In this document: piece by piece, positions 29,227 through 38,485 of the stretch
Numbering within the stretch: position 1 is the first letter of the stretch
How the letters are laid out: every line of letters begins with the position of its first letter
Assembly (NCBI GenBank): GCA_043739185.1
Contig: JAYUEN010000332.1
Location: 32,001 to 96,000, forward strand
Source: Bdellovibrionales bacterium
Lineage (GTDB): Bacteria; Bdellovibrionota; Bdellovibrionia; Bdellovibrionales; JAMPXM01
Reading direction: 5' to 3'
DNA length: 64,000 nt
Made by a program: the position numbers and the translations under genes
The notes under the pieces: model-generated
What the model saw: the letters and a program-made list of their open reading frames with translations, nothing else
Told to the model about the DNA's origin: nothing
Database searches by the model: none

Positions 29227-31518
29227 ATGAGCTCACTTGAAAATCTTGCAAGTACATTGAATAAAAAACAGTTTGAAGCGATGCAAGCTTTAGAGGGGCC
29301 CCTACTCATTTTGGCGGGCGCAGGTAGCGGAAAGACCCGTGTTCTAACCTATCGCACTGCCAATCTGGTTGCTCAGGGCCTTGCGACTCCGCAAGAAATT
29401 TTAGCGGTAACCTTTACGAATAAAGCTGCACGTGAAATGGAAGCCCGAATTCTAGCTCTCCTAGCAGAACTCGAGATTCCGGTTTATGACCGCATGTGGA
29501 TTTCAACATTTCATTCGATCTGCGCGCGTATTCTTCGGAGCCATATCGAATTACTCGGTTACCAAAGTACTTTTACGATTTACGACCAAACTGATCAACT
29601 CTCAATGGTGAAACAAGTTTGCACCCGGCTTCAGCTCGATGAAAAAGTTTTTCCTGCTAAGAATTTTCAAGCTCGCATCAACCATGCCAAAACGCTTGCT
29701 GTGACCCCAGACGAATTGCAATATTCGCAAAAGAAAAATTCATTGAGCTTTGATGAGCAGTCGACTGAGGTCTATACCGAATACGAAAAGCAGATGAAAC
29801 AAGCAAACGCAGTCGACTTTCAAGATTTGCTTTTAAAAGTCTATCAGCTATTTCAAACTCATCCTGGGGTGTTAGAGGCTTACCAAGAACGTTTTCGTTT
29901 TTTAATGGTCGACGAATATCAAGATACCAATCACATTCAATATCTGCTGGTCAAAGCCCTCGCAAACAAGACAAGAAATTTGTGTGTCGTCGGAGATGAG
30001 GACCAAAGTATTTATTCTTGGCGCGGGGCAGACATTCAAAATATTTTAGATTTTGAAAAAGACTTTCCGGAGGCCGTCGTAATCAAGCTCGAGCAAAACT
30101 ATCGCTCAACCAAAACCATTGTCGGAGCTGCAACCAAAGTGGTTGCTTACAATAGCGAGCGCAAAGAAAAAGAACTTTTTACTGAAAATGCCGACGGCGA
30201 TTTGATCACCGTTCGTGAAGAACAAGACGAGTATGAAGAAGCCCGGTACGTGGTCCGGCAAATTCAAAAGATCTTAAGCGAAAGCGAAATGTCGAGAAGT
30301 GATATTGCGATATTTTATCGAACCAATGCCCAGTCGCGTGTTTTAGAGGAGCAATTGCGAAGCAATTCACTCGCCTATAAAATTGTCGGTGGCATGAAGT
30401 TCTATGATCGCCTCGAAATCAAAGATGTACTCGGTTATATGAAGTTGGTACTGAATCCAACTGACGATATTGCATTTAAGCGCGTGATCAATGTGCCGGC
30501 TCGAGGAATCGGGAAAACCACAATCGAGAAATTAGAAGATCTCGGACAAAAGCATGGGGTCAGCCTTATTCAAGCCGCGTCTTATGCCGTCGACCAACGA
30601 GAATTCAACGCCGGCACGACTAGCAAAATCCGCAGGTTTTTAGAGCTTATGCAGATTCTGCGCGAAAAAGCACAAGCACTTTCTCTAGATGACTTCTATT
30701 CAGAGCTGCTCACCCAGACTGAGTATACTGTAAAGCTGAAGCTTGAAGATTCGCCAGAAGCGGATTCTCGTCTCGAAAACCTAGAGGAACTTGCAAATGC
30801 CATTTCGAAATTTGTTGAAGAACGACGAGATGAAGCCAATCTTCAAAGCTTTTTAGAAGAAATGGCATTGATTAGCGACGTTGATTCAATGAACGACAAC
30901 GAAAATACGATCACGATGATGACTCTGCATATTTCAAAAGGACTTGAATATCCCGTGGTTTTTATCGTGGGTCTCGAAGAAGGACTTTTCCCAAGCGGCC
31001 AATCGATAAATGATGAGAGCGAAAGCCGTTTAGAAGAAGAGCGGCGCCTTATGTATGTGGGCATGACTCGCGCAGAAAAAAAATTGACTCTTAGCTATGC
31101 GCGCGCCCGAAAAGTTTGGGGGTCTGAACAGAATAATCCACCCAGCCGTTTTTTAAAAGAAATCCCACCAGAATTTGTTGAAACTCAGACATCACAACAA
31201 TCCTCTCGCTTCATGCAAAAGTATGCCGAGCATTCGCGCGGAGGCTCAGGCGAGTTTCGCAGCTCGAATTCGGCGCCACGAAACTCCCGAAAAACTGAAA
31301 CCTCTCACCCAAGCTATGAAGACTTTTCAGATGAAAGCTTTGATGATAGTGGTGACGATTTATATAAAAAAGGCATGCGAATTCGCCATCCAACCTTTGG
31401 AGTGGGGACCATTTTTAAAACCGACGGCTCAGGTGAATCGATGGATGTTAGTGTGGTTTTTGCTGATAATTCAGTTAAAAAATTTCGCGCTAAATATGCC
31501 CGACTTGAGAGAGTCTAG
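29227..31518 (+). CDS. pcrA: ATP-dependent DNA helicase PcrA/UvrD
   Basis: AGAGSGKT, VDEYQD, GDEDQSIYSWRGA, KGLEY, C-terminal RHPTFGVG. Confidence 0.95.
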   Translation: MSSLENLASTLNKKQFEAMQALEGPLLILAGAGSGKTRVLTYRTANLVAQGLATPQEILAVTFTNKAAREMEARILALLAELEIPVYDRMWISTFHSICARILRSHIELLGYQSTFTIYDQTDQLSMVKQVCTRLQLDEKVFPAKNFQARINHAKTLAVTPDELQYSQKKNSLSFDEQSTEVYTEYEKQMKQANAVDFQDLLLKVYQLFQTHPGVLEAYQERFRFLMVDEYQDTNHIQYLLVKALANKTRNLCVVGDEDQSIYSWRGADIQNILDFEKDFPEAVVIKLEQNYRSTKTIVGAATKVVAYNSERKEKELFTENADGDLITVREEQDEYEEARYVVRQIQKILSESEMSRSDIAIFYRTNAQSRVLEEQLRSNSLAYKIVGGMKFYDRLEIKDVLGYMKLVLNPTDDIAFKRVINVPARGIGKTTIEKLEDLGQKHGVSLIQAASYAVDQREFNAGTTSKIRRFLELMQILREKAQALSLDDFYSELLTQTEYTVKLKLEDSPEADSRLENLEELANAISKFVEERRDEANLQSFLEEMALISDVDSMNDNENTITMMTLHISKGLEYPVVFIVGLEEGLFPSGQSINDESESRLEEERRLMYVGMTRAEKKLTLSYARARKVWGSEQNNPPSRFLKEIPPEFVETQTSQQSSRFMQKYAEHSRGGSGEFRSSNSAPRNSRKTETSHPSYEDFSDESFDDSGDDLYKKGMRIRHPTFGVGTIFKTDGSGESMDVSVVFADNSVKKFRAKYARLERV

Positions 31519-32054
31519 GCCGAGCTTTTGAAGTAAGTTCGTTTTTTGTATGGAATGAGACCTAAGGCTTCGAGCCCATTTTGAATAACGTAAGCTTTAA
31601 CGGTAAAAAAATCTTTACCCCACCTCACTAATCTAGAATAAATTCTTGTCTGCCAAAATTTATTTTCTTTGTTTCGCTTTTTTGATGACATTAGCTCTCG
31701 ACGCTTCATTTCATCAGCTGAAAGTGGTGCAAACTTTAGAATTTCTTGCGCTATGTGGCCGGCGACTATGCGAAAGAAATTCTGTATCTGCTCTCTTTTT
31801 TTACCTTTTACCAGTAGGTGTATGTGGTTTCCGACAATTGCCTTCTGATAAACTCTTATTGCAAATTTGTTTGCCGATCTCTGAATTATTTTTTCAATCC
31901 TGGGACGATGCTTAAGTAACGAACGCTTTCCGTAGGCGAAGTCTGATCTTAAAACGAGATGAAGAGGACTATCTGTTGAAAGTGGCCTCTTGGACTTTCT
32001 TCTCCCAAGAAGCAAAGATCCACCGTGTTCTGTATCTCTTTTTACCAATTTCAT
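31515..32054 (-). mobile_element. Solitary HUH Y1 transposase (IS200-like / REP-associated tyrosine transposase)
   Basis: HLVLRS, NHIHLL (HUH), FWQTR and YVIQN (catalytic Tyr); 179 aa; no tnpB adjacent. Confidence 0.8.
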
Positions 32055-32122
32055 TTAGGTCTGGTTTTGCAAACCCAGAACCCTGTCGTATAACTACCTG
32101 CCGAGCATTTACCTAAACTAGA

Positions 32123-33376
32123 TTATGGATTACGGACAATCTCCTCCGTTACCAGGGCACCGCCCCGGGCGGTGCCCGCGGAAGGGTTTTCGGCCGGTGC
32201 GCCAGATTCGGACATATAGCTTTCGTAATCCAAAGGCTTTGTAATATGGCTAGCGGCGGGGCTGACATAATCACTTTCGACTCCATCCCAGCCTTTGAAG
32301 CTTCGAGTTTCAACGCCGTCTCCATCTATCGCGATCGCGGTTTGAAAGTCAGGAACCAAACTAACTTTTCCGCCACCACCAGGAATATCCAAACTCAAAT
32401 TCGGCATTGCCAATCCCGACATTTTTCCCCAAAGCTCTCGCTGAATCGCCAGAGAATCTTGGACCGAAGTACGCAAGTGATCGCTGCCAAAGCTCGGGTC
32501 ACACTGAAACATATAATAGGGCTTCACTCTCAAGCTTAAGAGTCTTCGCGAAAGTGCTTGGATGATCGCAGCGTGATTATTGACTCCGTTTAAAAGAACC
32601 AACTGATTGAATACCGGGAATCCATTATCAACAAACTTTAATAAAGCTTGCGACGACTCAAGCGTCAGCTCTCTCGGATGATTAAAGTGAGTCATCACAA
32701 AAATAGGGTGATATTTTTTCAAACGCAAAATTAAAGCTTCAGTCACACGCATCGGGCAAACCACTGGCATACGCGTTCCTAAGCGAATCAATTCGATATG
32801 ACCAATTCCTGTCAAATCGCTTACAACTCTTTCTAACTGATCATCGTTAAGGGTAAGAGGATCTCCTCCCGACAGAATTACCTCACGAATCGATCTTTGA
32901 GATTTTAAATAACTAAGTGCTTGGTCATATTGAGAAGACTTAATGAAAGCCTGGTCGGTTGCTGTAAAATGCTTTCTCGTGCAATACCGACAATAAACAC
33001 TACAAGTATCAGTTACGAGTAAAAGGGCACGGTCCGGATAGCGATGAATCACGCGCGGGGCTGGATTGTTTTTTCTTTCGCCCAAAGGATCGAGCATCTC
33101 TTGCAGCCCAGGTAAAATTTCGTGTCCAGTGGGAACAATTATCTTTCGAATTGGATCCTGCGGGCGGTGCCCCAATGCTAGGCTGAGGTAATATGGAGTA
33201 CAGCGAACTGAGAAGTTGGCTTCAAAACCATTTTCTTCATCGAGAGTCAGATCGAGATAGCGGGCAAAATCCTCTTTTGCTTTGAGGGAGTTTCGCATTT
33301 GCCATTTCCAATCCATCCAATTTTCATTTGAAGCATTAAAGAAATGAGCTGGAGACGCTAAAAATTCAAATTTCAT
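32123..33376 (-). CDS. KamA-family radical SAM protein (lysine 2,3-aminomutase-like)
   Basis: HRYPDR, CSVYCRYC, SGGDPL, THFNHPRE, GGGGKV. Confidence 0.9.
   Translation of the reverse strand: MKFEFLASPAHFFNASNENWMDWKWQMRNSLKAKEDFARYLDLTLDEENGFEANFSVRCTPYYLSLALGHRPQDPIRKIIVPTGHEILPGLQEMLDPLGERKNNPAPRVIHRYPDRALLLVTDTCSVYCRYCTRKHFTATDQAFIKSSQYDQALSYLKSQRSIREVILSGGDPLTLNDDQLERVVSDLTGIGHIELIRLGTRMPVVCPMRVTEALILRLKKYHPIFVMTHFNHPRELTLESSQALLKFVDNGFPVFNQLVLLNGVNNHAAIIQALSRRLLSLRVKPYYMFQCDPSFGSDHLRTSVQDSLAIQRELWGKMSGLAMPNLSLDIPGGGGKVSLVPDFQTAIAIDGDGVETRSFKGWDGVESDYVSPAASHITKPLDYESYMSESGAPAENPSAGTARGGALVTEEIVRNP
32155..32177. repeat. GC-rich palindrome inside the 3' end of the kamA-like gene
   Basis: GGGCACCGCC-ccg-GGCGGTGCCC. 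Confidence 0.8.
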
Positions 33377-33782
33377 AGGGCTAATTTAGCTTGCTCGAGT
33401 GAACTTGTCCAAGTTTTCACGTCGTTTCACAAGCTTTTCGCAGAGAATTCGCGGGCCGTGCCCTGTTCAAAATCTCAAAATGAAACACTTTTTATAGGAG
33501 AAACCGCTAAAAAAGCCCCAAAAACAGCACTTTTGGCTCGTGTCGATGTCTAAAAATCTAACCTATGATAAAGCACTGAAATTCCTAGGAGGGCGGTGCC
33601 TCAGGAATCAAAATAGTTTTGAAGCTAAACACGTGGCCAACTTTTAGACGGCCCAATCCAACTTCGAATTCGACGTCTTTTTAATAACTTATGTAAAAGG
33701 CCAAATCTGGACCAGGAATTGGATTACTTAAGTTTGTAGAAATAGTTTTTAAAATTGTGGCCAATGGGTCCCAGGAGGATTT

Positions 33783-35327
33783 ATGAAACTTTTTAAACCA
33801 AGCAAACAGACAGTACTAAAAGGACTCTTACTTTTAGTTGTTGGACTTAACTTCTCATGGAGACCTCTGATTACAGAGATCCACCAAACTTCAATGTCGG
33901 CAAATTTACCAACACCAGCAATTGAAATTGGAGCACCTCCTAAGGCAAGAGAAAAGACAGGGGCAGAAATTGCCGCTGAGAAAAAGGCAGATCCACTTGC
34001 TCAGTATGCACAGTACTGCGGAAAATGGATAACACTCAAAGCGACTCCAGATAATGCTCACGCTCAAGTAGTCGCCGCCGACAAGGATAAAAAAGAACTC
34101 AAATGTGAGGAGTGCGAAAAAGTTCAAGTTAATATCAATGGTCCAATTCCTGAAAATATTGTGAAAGTTGTAACCGACCAATTGAGAATTAGCTGTGAAT
34201 CATTCTTAACTGATGAAGAGCGCGCCAAACTTGAAGCTGAGAAAAAAGCAAAGGAAGATGAAAAATTCAAATTGGCACAAGATGAAATTAAGTGTTTGGC
34301 CGATAAGCACGGCAAAGATTTAGATTCAAACCAAAAGCTTACTTGCCAACTCAGAAATATGAATCTATCAGATGCCGCCATGAAAAAAGCTGGTTTTGAA
34401 TCCGCTGAAGCCAATGATGTCAGAAAGGCTTTAGCTAAAGAATCTCTTAGTTCTATTGCTAAAACTTGTAAGAAAAATCATAAAGAATCTGACAGCTTCG
34501 ATGAGTGTGAAGATCTTATGACTCGTTATGATGATGCGGTTACCAAGCTGGCGGATTCTGGTAATGATAGTTTGAAAACAGTAGGCAAATCTTTTTCAGA
34601 AAAATACACAAAGCTTAATAAGTTTGTTGCTGAAGAAAAGAAGGCTGTGGCTCGTGTTGAGTTCTTTAAAACTCAATACGATGGCGTCAACACTTTAATG
34701 GAGAAAGCCTATACCGCTTACTCTACTCGTTGTGATAATCTCGCAGTTGCTTACGGAAACGCTGGCAATGAATTTGATTCAGAAGCTTGCCGCTCAGCTT
34801 ATGTAAAAAATTATCTTCTTCCACGCTATGAACCAATCTTGAGACAGATCACCAATAAATTTAATACCGAAGCAAATAAATTTCGACGAGATTTCGTTGA
34901 ATTTGAAAAAGTGGATATCATTGGTAAAGACGGTTCAGCCAACGCATTCGCACCCATTAGAAACTATGTGAAAGATTTGGCGACTTATGGTGCGACTTAT
35001 AATATTCCGACAAAAGATCTTCCCGCATTTACTGATGAATCCGGACTTGGAACAAGCATCGCTTCTGCACTTTCAGGAAATGATTTAGCGGGCCGACTAG
35101 GAGTTTTGGCGGGCGCTCGTCAGTTTACTCCATTGACTGCTGTTGCAGGATCAACGGCCGTCGGTTCAACCGTGAGCCCATTTGCGATTCCTTCAGTTCT
35201 TTCTTCTGGTCAGAATCTTTATAATGCGAAATTACCGCTCAATAATCTACGCGGTAGAACTGCAGTTACAAGTGGACTCATCCTCCCTGTTCTGCCAACT
35301 CAAGACGCTGCCATCACTTGGCAGTAA
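33783..35327 (+). CDS. Exported Cys-rich helical hypothetical protein
   Basis: 514-aa ORF, AGGAGG RBS, hydrophobic N-terminus, spaced Cys including CEEC, followed by a terminator. Confidence 0.8.
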   Translation: MKLFKPSKQTVLKGLLLLVVGLNFSWRPLITEIHQTSMSANLPTPAIEIGAPPKAREKTGAEIAAEKKADPLAQYAQYCGKWITLKATPDNAHAQVVAADKDKKELKCEECEKVQVNINGPIPENIVKVVTDQLRISCESFLTDEERAKLEAEKKAKEDEKFKLAQDEIKCLADKHGKDLDSNQKLTCQLRNMNLSDAAMKKAGFESAEANDVRKALAKESLSSIAKTCKKNHKESDSFDECEDLMTRYDDAVTKLADSGNDSLKTVGKSFSEKYTKLNKFVAEEKKAVARVEFFKTQYDGVNTLMEKAYTAYSTRCDNLAVAYGNAGNEFDSEACRSAYVKNYLLPRYEPILRQITNKFNTEANKFRRDFVEFEKVDIIGKDGSANAFAPIRNYVKDLATYGATYNIPTKDLPAFTDESGLGTSIASALSGNDLAGRLGVLAGARQFTPLTAVAGSTAVGSTVSPFAIPSVLSSGQNLYNAKLPLNNLRGRTAVTSGLILPVLPTQDAAITWQ

Positions 35328-35352
35328 TTGCTTAAAAAATTATATCGCTAAC

Positions 35353-35380
35353 AGCCGCGCAGAAATGTGCGGCTTTTTTT
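35353..35380 (+). terminator. Rho-independent terminator
   Basis: AGCCGCGCA-gaaa-TGTGCGGCT followed by a T run. Confidence 0.85.
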
Positions 35381-35473
35381 GTTCTAATTTCAGCATATGA
35401 TTTTAAATCAGTTTCAACGGCAGCAGCGGCTGTCAACAGTCTCACAGTTTCGGTCTCGGGGTTCAGAGGTCAG

Positions 35474-35536
35474 CTACGGCGATGGAGGCACGAAGAAGGA
35501 GTAACGAAGAGTTGAAGCTTTTTAGAATAAGGTCTA
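35474..35536. repeat. Truncated copy (right half) of the palindromic mini-element
   Basis: 39 bp at 35474-35512 are identical to 35597-35635; ends in the TA shared with the next element. Confidence 0.75.
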
Positions 35537-35657
35537 GAAGTCGTAAGAATTATCTGAATCGAGGCGCGACGACTGAGGCGACCGAGCCGTAGTATTCTAC
35601 GGCGATGGAGGCACGAAGAAGGAGTAACGAAGAGTCAGATAATTCTTACGACTTCTA
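35535..35657. mobile_element. 123-bp MITE/REP-like palindromic element
   Basis: Perfect 23-bp terminal inverted repeats TAGAAGTCGTAAGAATTATCTGA (35535-35557, 35635-35657); central hairpin GCCGTAG-tatt-CTACGGC; TA at both ends. Confidence 0.75.
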
Positions 35658-35660
35658 AGG

Positions 35661-35689
35661 TAAAACCGGGGGAGCTTGCGCTCCCCCGG
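35661..35689 (-). terminator. Rho-independent terminator for the minus-strand barrel gene
   Basis: Minus strand CCGGGGGAGC-gcaa-GCTCCCCCGG then TTTTA. Confidence 0.75.
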
Positions 35690-35769
35690 GGCCCCAACCG
35701 CCATCAAAGGTCAGGTTGAAAATCAAGATGCAAAACAAGATGAAGTCATGATGCTAATACAAGCTGCGA

Positions 35770-37248
35770 TCAAAAGCTGATGGCGGCCTTGGTACTTAAT
35801 CCATAAGCAAAAGAATTTCCGTAATTCATCGATCCACCCTGCCAAGCTGCTCCCGGAAAAATAAATCCGATTTCAGTCAGCCAAGTGAAGCGCTCATACG
35901 GTTTATAATTCAATCTAAAATCCGTCTCAAAACCAAGATCTTTTGCAGTGCCCGCAGCAGCCCCAGCGTTCAAAATGGGATCCTGCTGTAGCCTTGCATA
36001 TAAAAGCGTAGCACCGAAACTTAAATTGTCACGCACTTTATAATCTGTTGACGGAGCGATATAAAGCACATTGCTGATCGCCTCATTGTCGATATTATTT
36101 GAAGCATTGGTGGTGGTATCTCGTACAAGTTGAGTCCTAAAGAAATTATTGCTTCCCAACGGATGATTAAACATCAATAGCGCCACATTGTAGTTACGAT
36201 TTAATGTATAGCCCTCATAGATATCTCGAGTTCCTGGATCATCTCCACTTGCGGTACCAAATTTAAGTCCATGAGACCAACTACTAGTCTTTGGAGCATA
36301 AGCGAGTTCACCTGCGATTGCGAAGCCATTCATTGATCCTTGAGTTACGCCATCGATCATCGCACCATTGGTACCCGTTTGAAGTCCAGCTTCAACGGCA
36401 ACCGACAATTCACCCAACTTTTGTTTTGTAAAAAAATTGATGTTTTGGTTTTTAAATCCAAATCGATTCGTAGCTCCGGCTCCGCCGACACCGTTTACTC
36501 CAGCAGGAGTATCGTCGCCATAACTCGAAGCTGTGCGAATTTGTGCAAACACACCAAGTGATAAATCCGTTTCTGGATTATCGTACTGAACATGAATCAT
36601 ATAATCAGAAACACCGCCGCCAATATCTAAATTATTTTGGTTGTTCGCAGCGTTTCCACCCTGGTTGACCTTGCCAAGCATGGGCATAATGTACAAATTC
36701 CCAAAGACAAATTTATAGCCAACTAAATCTTCGTTGGTTAACCAGTGGTCAAAGGGACCATTACCGGCATTGTAAGTTAAACCCAAACCAAACTGCAAAG
36801 GCGTGCGGCCAGCAACAAAAACACCAAATTCTTGCACCCAGGTAAGATACAATTCATTTACCGCCAATGTTTCTGGACTTTGCGAATTTGAGAAGACATT
36901 CGACTTACCAGCAGAAGGTGTCGGCGTAGAAGAACTGCAATTGCTCGAATTGGTGACCCCATCGCCTAGTAGCTGTCCCGCTTGGCCATTTTGCCCAAAC
37001 TGACAATTATTGAAGAGATCAAAACGTGAATGAATGATGAGGCCATCGGCCGCAGTGATTTTTGGGTTCAGAACCAAATGGTGTAGAAAGTATCCATCTC
37101 GTCTTTTAACTCCATCTAACTCTAAATTTTCACTTTGAAAGAATTCAAATCGATAGATTCCTGACCAACTAATATCACCAGCTCGACAAGTCCCTGCTCT
37201 AAGCAAAGGCAAAGTAAGAGCGGCAACTAGAATTAACTTCTTAAACAT
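35770..37248 (-). CDS. Outer-membrane beta-barrel (porin-like) hypothetical protein
   Basis: ATG 37248 with signal peptide MFKKLILVAAL; G/N/aromatic-rich strands; C-terminal AAISF. Confidence 0.7.
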   Translation of the reverse strand: MFKKLILVAALTLPLLRAGTCRAGDISWSGIYRFEFFQSENLELDGVKRRDGYFLHHLVLNPKITAADGLIIHSRFDLFNNCQFGQNGQAGQLLGDGVTNSSNCSSSTPTPSAGKSNVFSNSQSPETLAVNELYLTWVQEFGVFVAGRTPLQFGLGLTYNAGNGPFDHWLTNEDLVGYKFVFGNLYIMPMLGKVNQGGNAANNQNNLDIGGGVSDYMIHVQYDNPETDLSLGVFAQIRTASSYGDDTPAGVNGVGGAGATNRFGFKNQNINFFTKQKLGELSVAVEAGLQTGTNGAMIDGVTQGSMNGFAIAGELAYAPKTSSWSHGLKFGTASGDDPGTRDIYEGYTLNRNYNVALLMFNHPLGSNNFFRTQLVRDTTTNASNNIDNEAISNVLYIAPSTDYKVRDNLSFGATLLYARLQQDPILNAGAAAGTAKDLGFETDFRLNYKPYERFTWLTEIGFIFPGAAWQGGSMNYGNSFAYGLSTKAAISF

Positions 37249-37315
37249 ACAAGATCCCCTTGCGATGAATAGGTGCGCAATCAAACAATTACGCCTCGCA
37301 TTTATTCTGTCAATA

Positions 37316-37870
37316 CTATTTATTAAGGATTCCCAGCACTTCATCTTCACGCAAAATCAAAACTTCTTTGCCGTGAATTTCAATTGGTGTGCCTGAGAAT
37401 TTTGCGTAAATAATCTTATCACCCAATTGAACATCAAGTGGTCGCAATTGCGCTTTTTTATTTCGCTTGCCCGGTCCAACAGCAATTACCAACCCACGCC
37501 CTTGTTGTTCTTGCGCTGAATCTGGAATGATCAATCCACCTGAAGTCACAGTTTCAGCAGGCAAGGCATCAACCAAAATTCGATCGTCAAGCGGAGAAAA
37601 TACTTTAGAATAGTTGAGTTGAGTTTTTGAAGTTGTCGAAGTCAATTTGGTTTGAAGTTTCGTTGCCACCTTCGGAGCCAATTTGTTTTTTGTCTTTGCG
37701 GTTGTGGTTTTTTTTGAAACAGATTTTTTTGGAGCGGCTTTTTTTGGAGCGGCTTTTTTTGCGGACGCGGTCTTTTTAGCAGCAACTCCTTTTGGAGCGG
37801 CTTTCTTTTTCAGTGTCTTTTTTAATGTTTTAATTTTCGCACTCAATTTTTTCTTCTTATTTGCTGCCAT
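37316..37870 (-). CDS. groES: Orphan GroES co-chaperonin with Lys/Ala-rich N-terminal extension
   Basis: PLDDRILV, TSGGLIIPDSA, AVGPG, LREDEVLGIL; preceded by about 90 aa with KKAAPK repeats. Confidence 0.85.
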   Translation of the reverse strand: MAANKKKKLSAKIKTLKKTLKKKAAPKGVAAKKTASAKKAAPKKAAPKKSVSKKTTTAKTKNKLAPKVATKLQTKLTSTTSKTQLNYSKVFSPLDDRILVDALPAETVTSGGLIIPDSAQEQQGRGLVIAVGPGKRNKKAQLRPLDVQLGDKIIYAKFSGTPIEIHGKEVLILREDEVLGILNK

Positions 37871-38132
37871 ACTTTCTCATCTCCTCATCGTAATATTTCG
37901 CGTACATTACATCCCATTCGGGTGAACCTTCAAGCAAAGTTCGCTTCAATGAAGCGATTTTTGTACGAACTGTCTCGTCAACATTCGCTTGATCCTTCAC
38001 CCATTGAGCAATTGCCTTCTTTGCGACTCTCATAGCCGCATCTTCGTCGGTGTATTCAACAAGGTCGTCGTTCCATATTCCATCGATGATTAATTTTGCA
38101 AGGTGGCCTTGGCGCTCGTCAGATAAAATCAT
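37857..38132 (-). CDS. DUF507-like protein
   Basis: VRTKIASLKRTLLEGSPEWDVMYAKYYDEEM. Confidence 0.7.
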   Translation of the reverse strand: MILSDERQGHLAKLIIDGIWNDDLVEYTDEDAAMRVAKKAIAQWVKDQANVDETVRTKIASLKRTLLEGSPEWDVMYAKYYDEEMRKYGSK

Positions 38133-38407
38133 AGTACTATGCCTTTTTCTTGAGCCATACGTTTTTTAAGTAAAGGAAACATTTTGAAGCGTTGAAATTC
38201 TCCTGGATTTTTCTTCTCAAGTTGATCGAGCATTTTATTTACTTCGATATCAAGCTGGGCTTCTTTTGCAAAGTCGGCTGCTACATAAGCAACTGCTTTC
38301 TTAAAAACAGAAGCTTCTGACTCTTTAAACTCAATTGCATTTTGGTTTTTTAGCTCGTCAAATATCTTTCGGACCAGGCGATCCATTTGAATGGGAGTTA
38401 TTCTCAT
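38129..38407 (-). CDS. DUF507-like protein (paralog partner)
   Basis: ATG 38407; EAQLDIEVNKML, KMFPLLKKRMAQEKGIVL; 4-bp overlap with the next gene. Confidence 0.7.
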   Translation of the reverse strand: MRITPIQMDRLVRKIFDELKNQNAIEFKESEASVFKKAVAYVAADFAKEAQLDIEVNKMLDQLEKKNPGEFQRFKMFPLLKKRMAQEKGIVL

Positions 38408-38485
38408 ACTTTGACTAAACGAAGGCTTGGCCCTAATGTCAAGTAGGTAAGTCATCAGATGGGAGAGAACGAGAACTTGGGCACC

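Noticed and set aside
31515..32054. Complete IS200/IS605 element with TnpB or a guide RNA
   Set aside because: No tnpB/iscB ORF, and no room for a downstream end because the stop overlaps the pcrA stop
32123..33376. EpmB (EF-P beta-lysylation) assignment
   Set aside because: No efp/epmA nearby and the family cannot be resolved without a search; kept as KamA family
33708..33723. TGGACC-AGGAA-TTGGA as a sigma54 promoter for the orphan gene
   Set aside because: The invariant -12 GC is GG; too weak to call
35474..35635. Two identical 39-bp direct repeats as a mini CRISPR array
   Set aside because: Only two copies, 84-bp interval, the repeat is part of a larger palindromic unit, and no cas genes are in the window
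37249..37350. N-terminal extension of the barrel ORF overlapping groES (similar extensions on fliL, cysE, DUF507 and the 48082 ORF)
   Set aside because: Downstream starts give better signal peptides or RBS and avoid long overlaps
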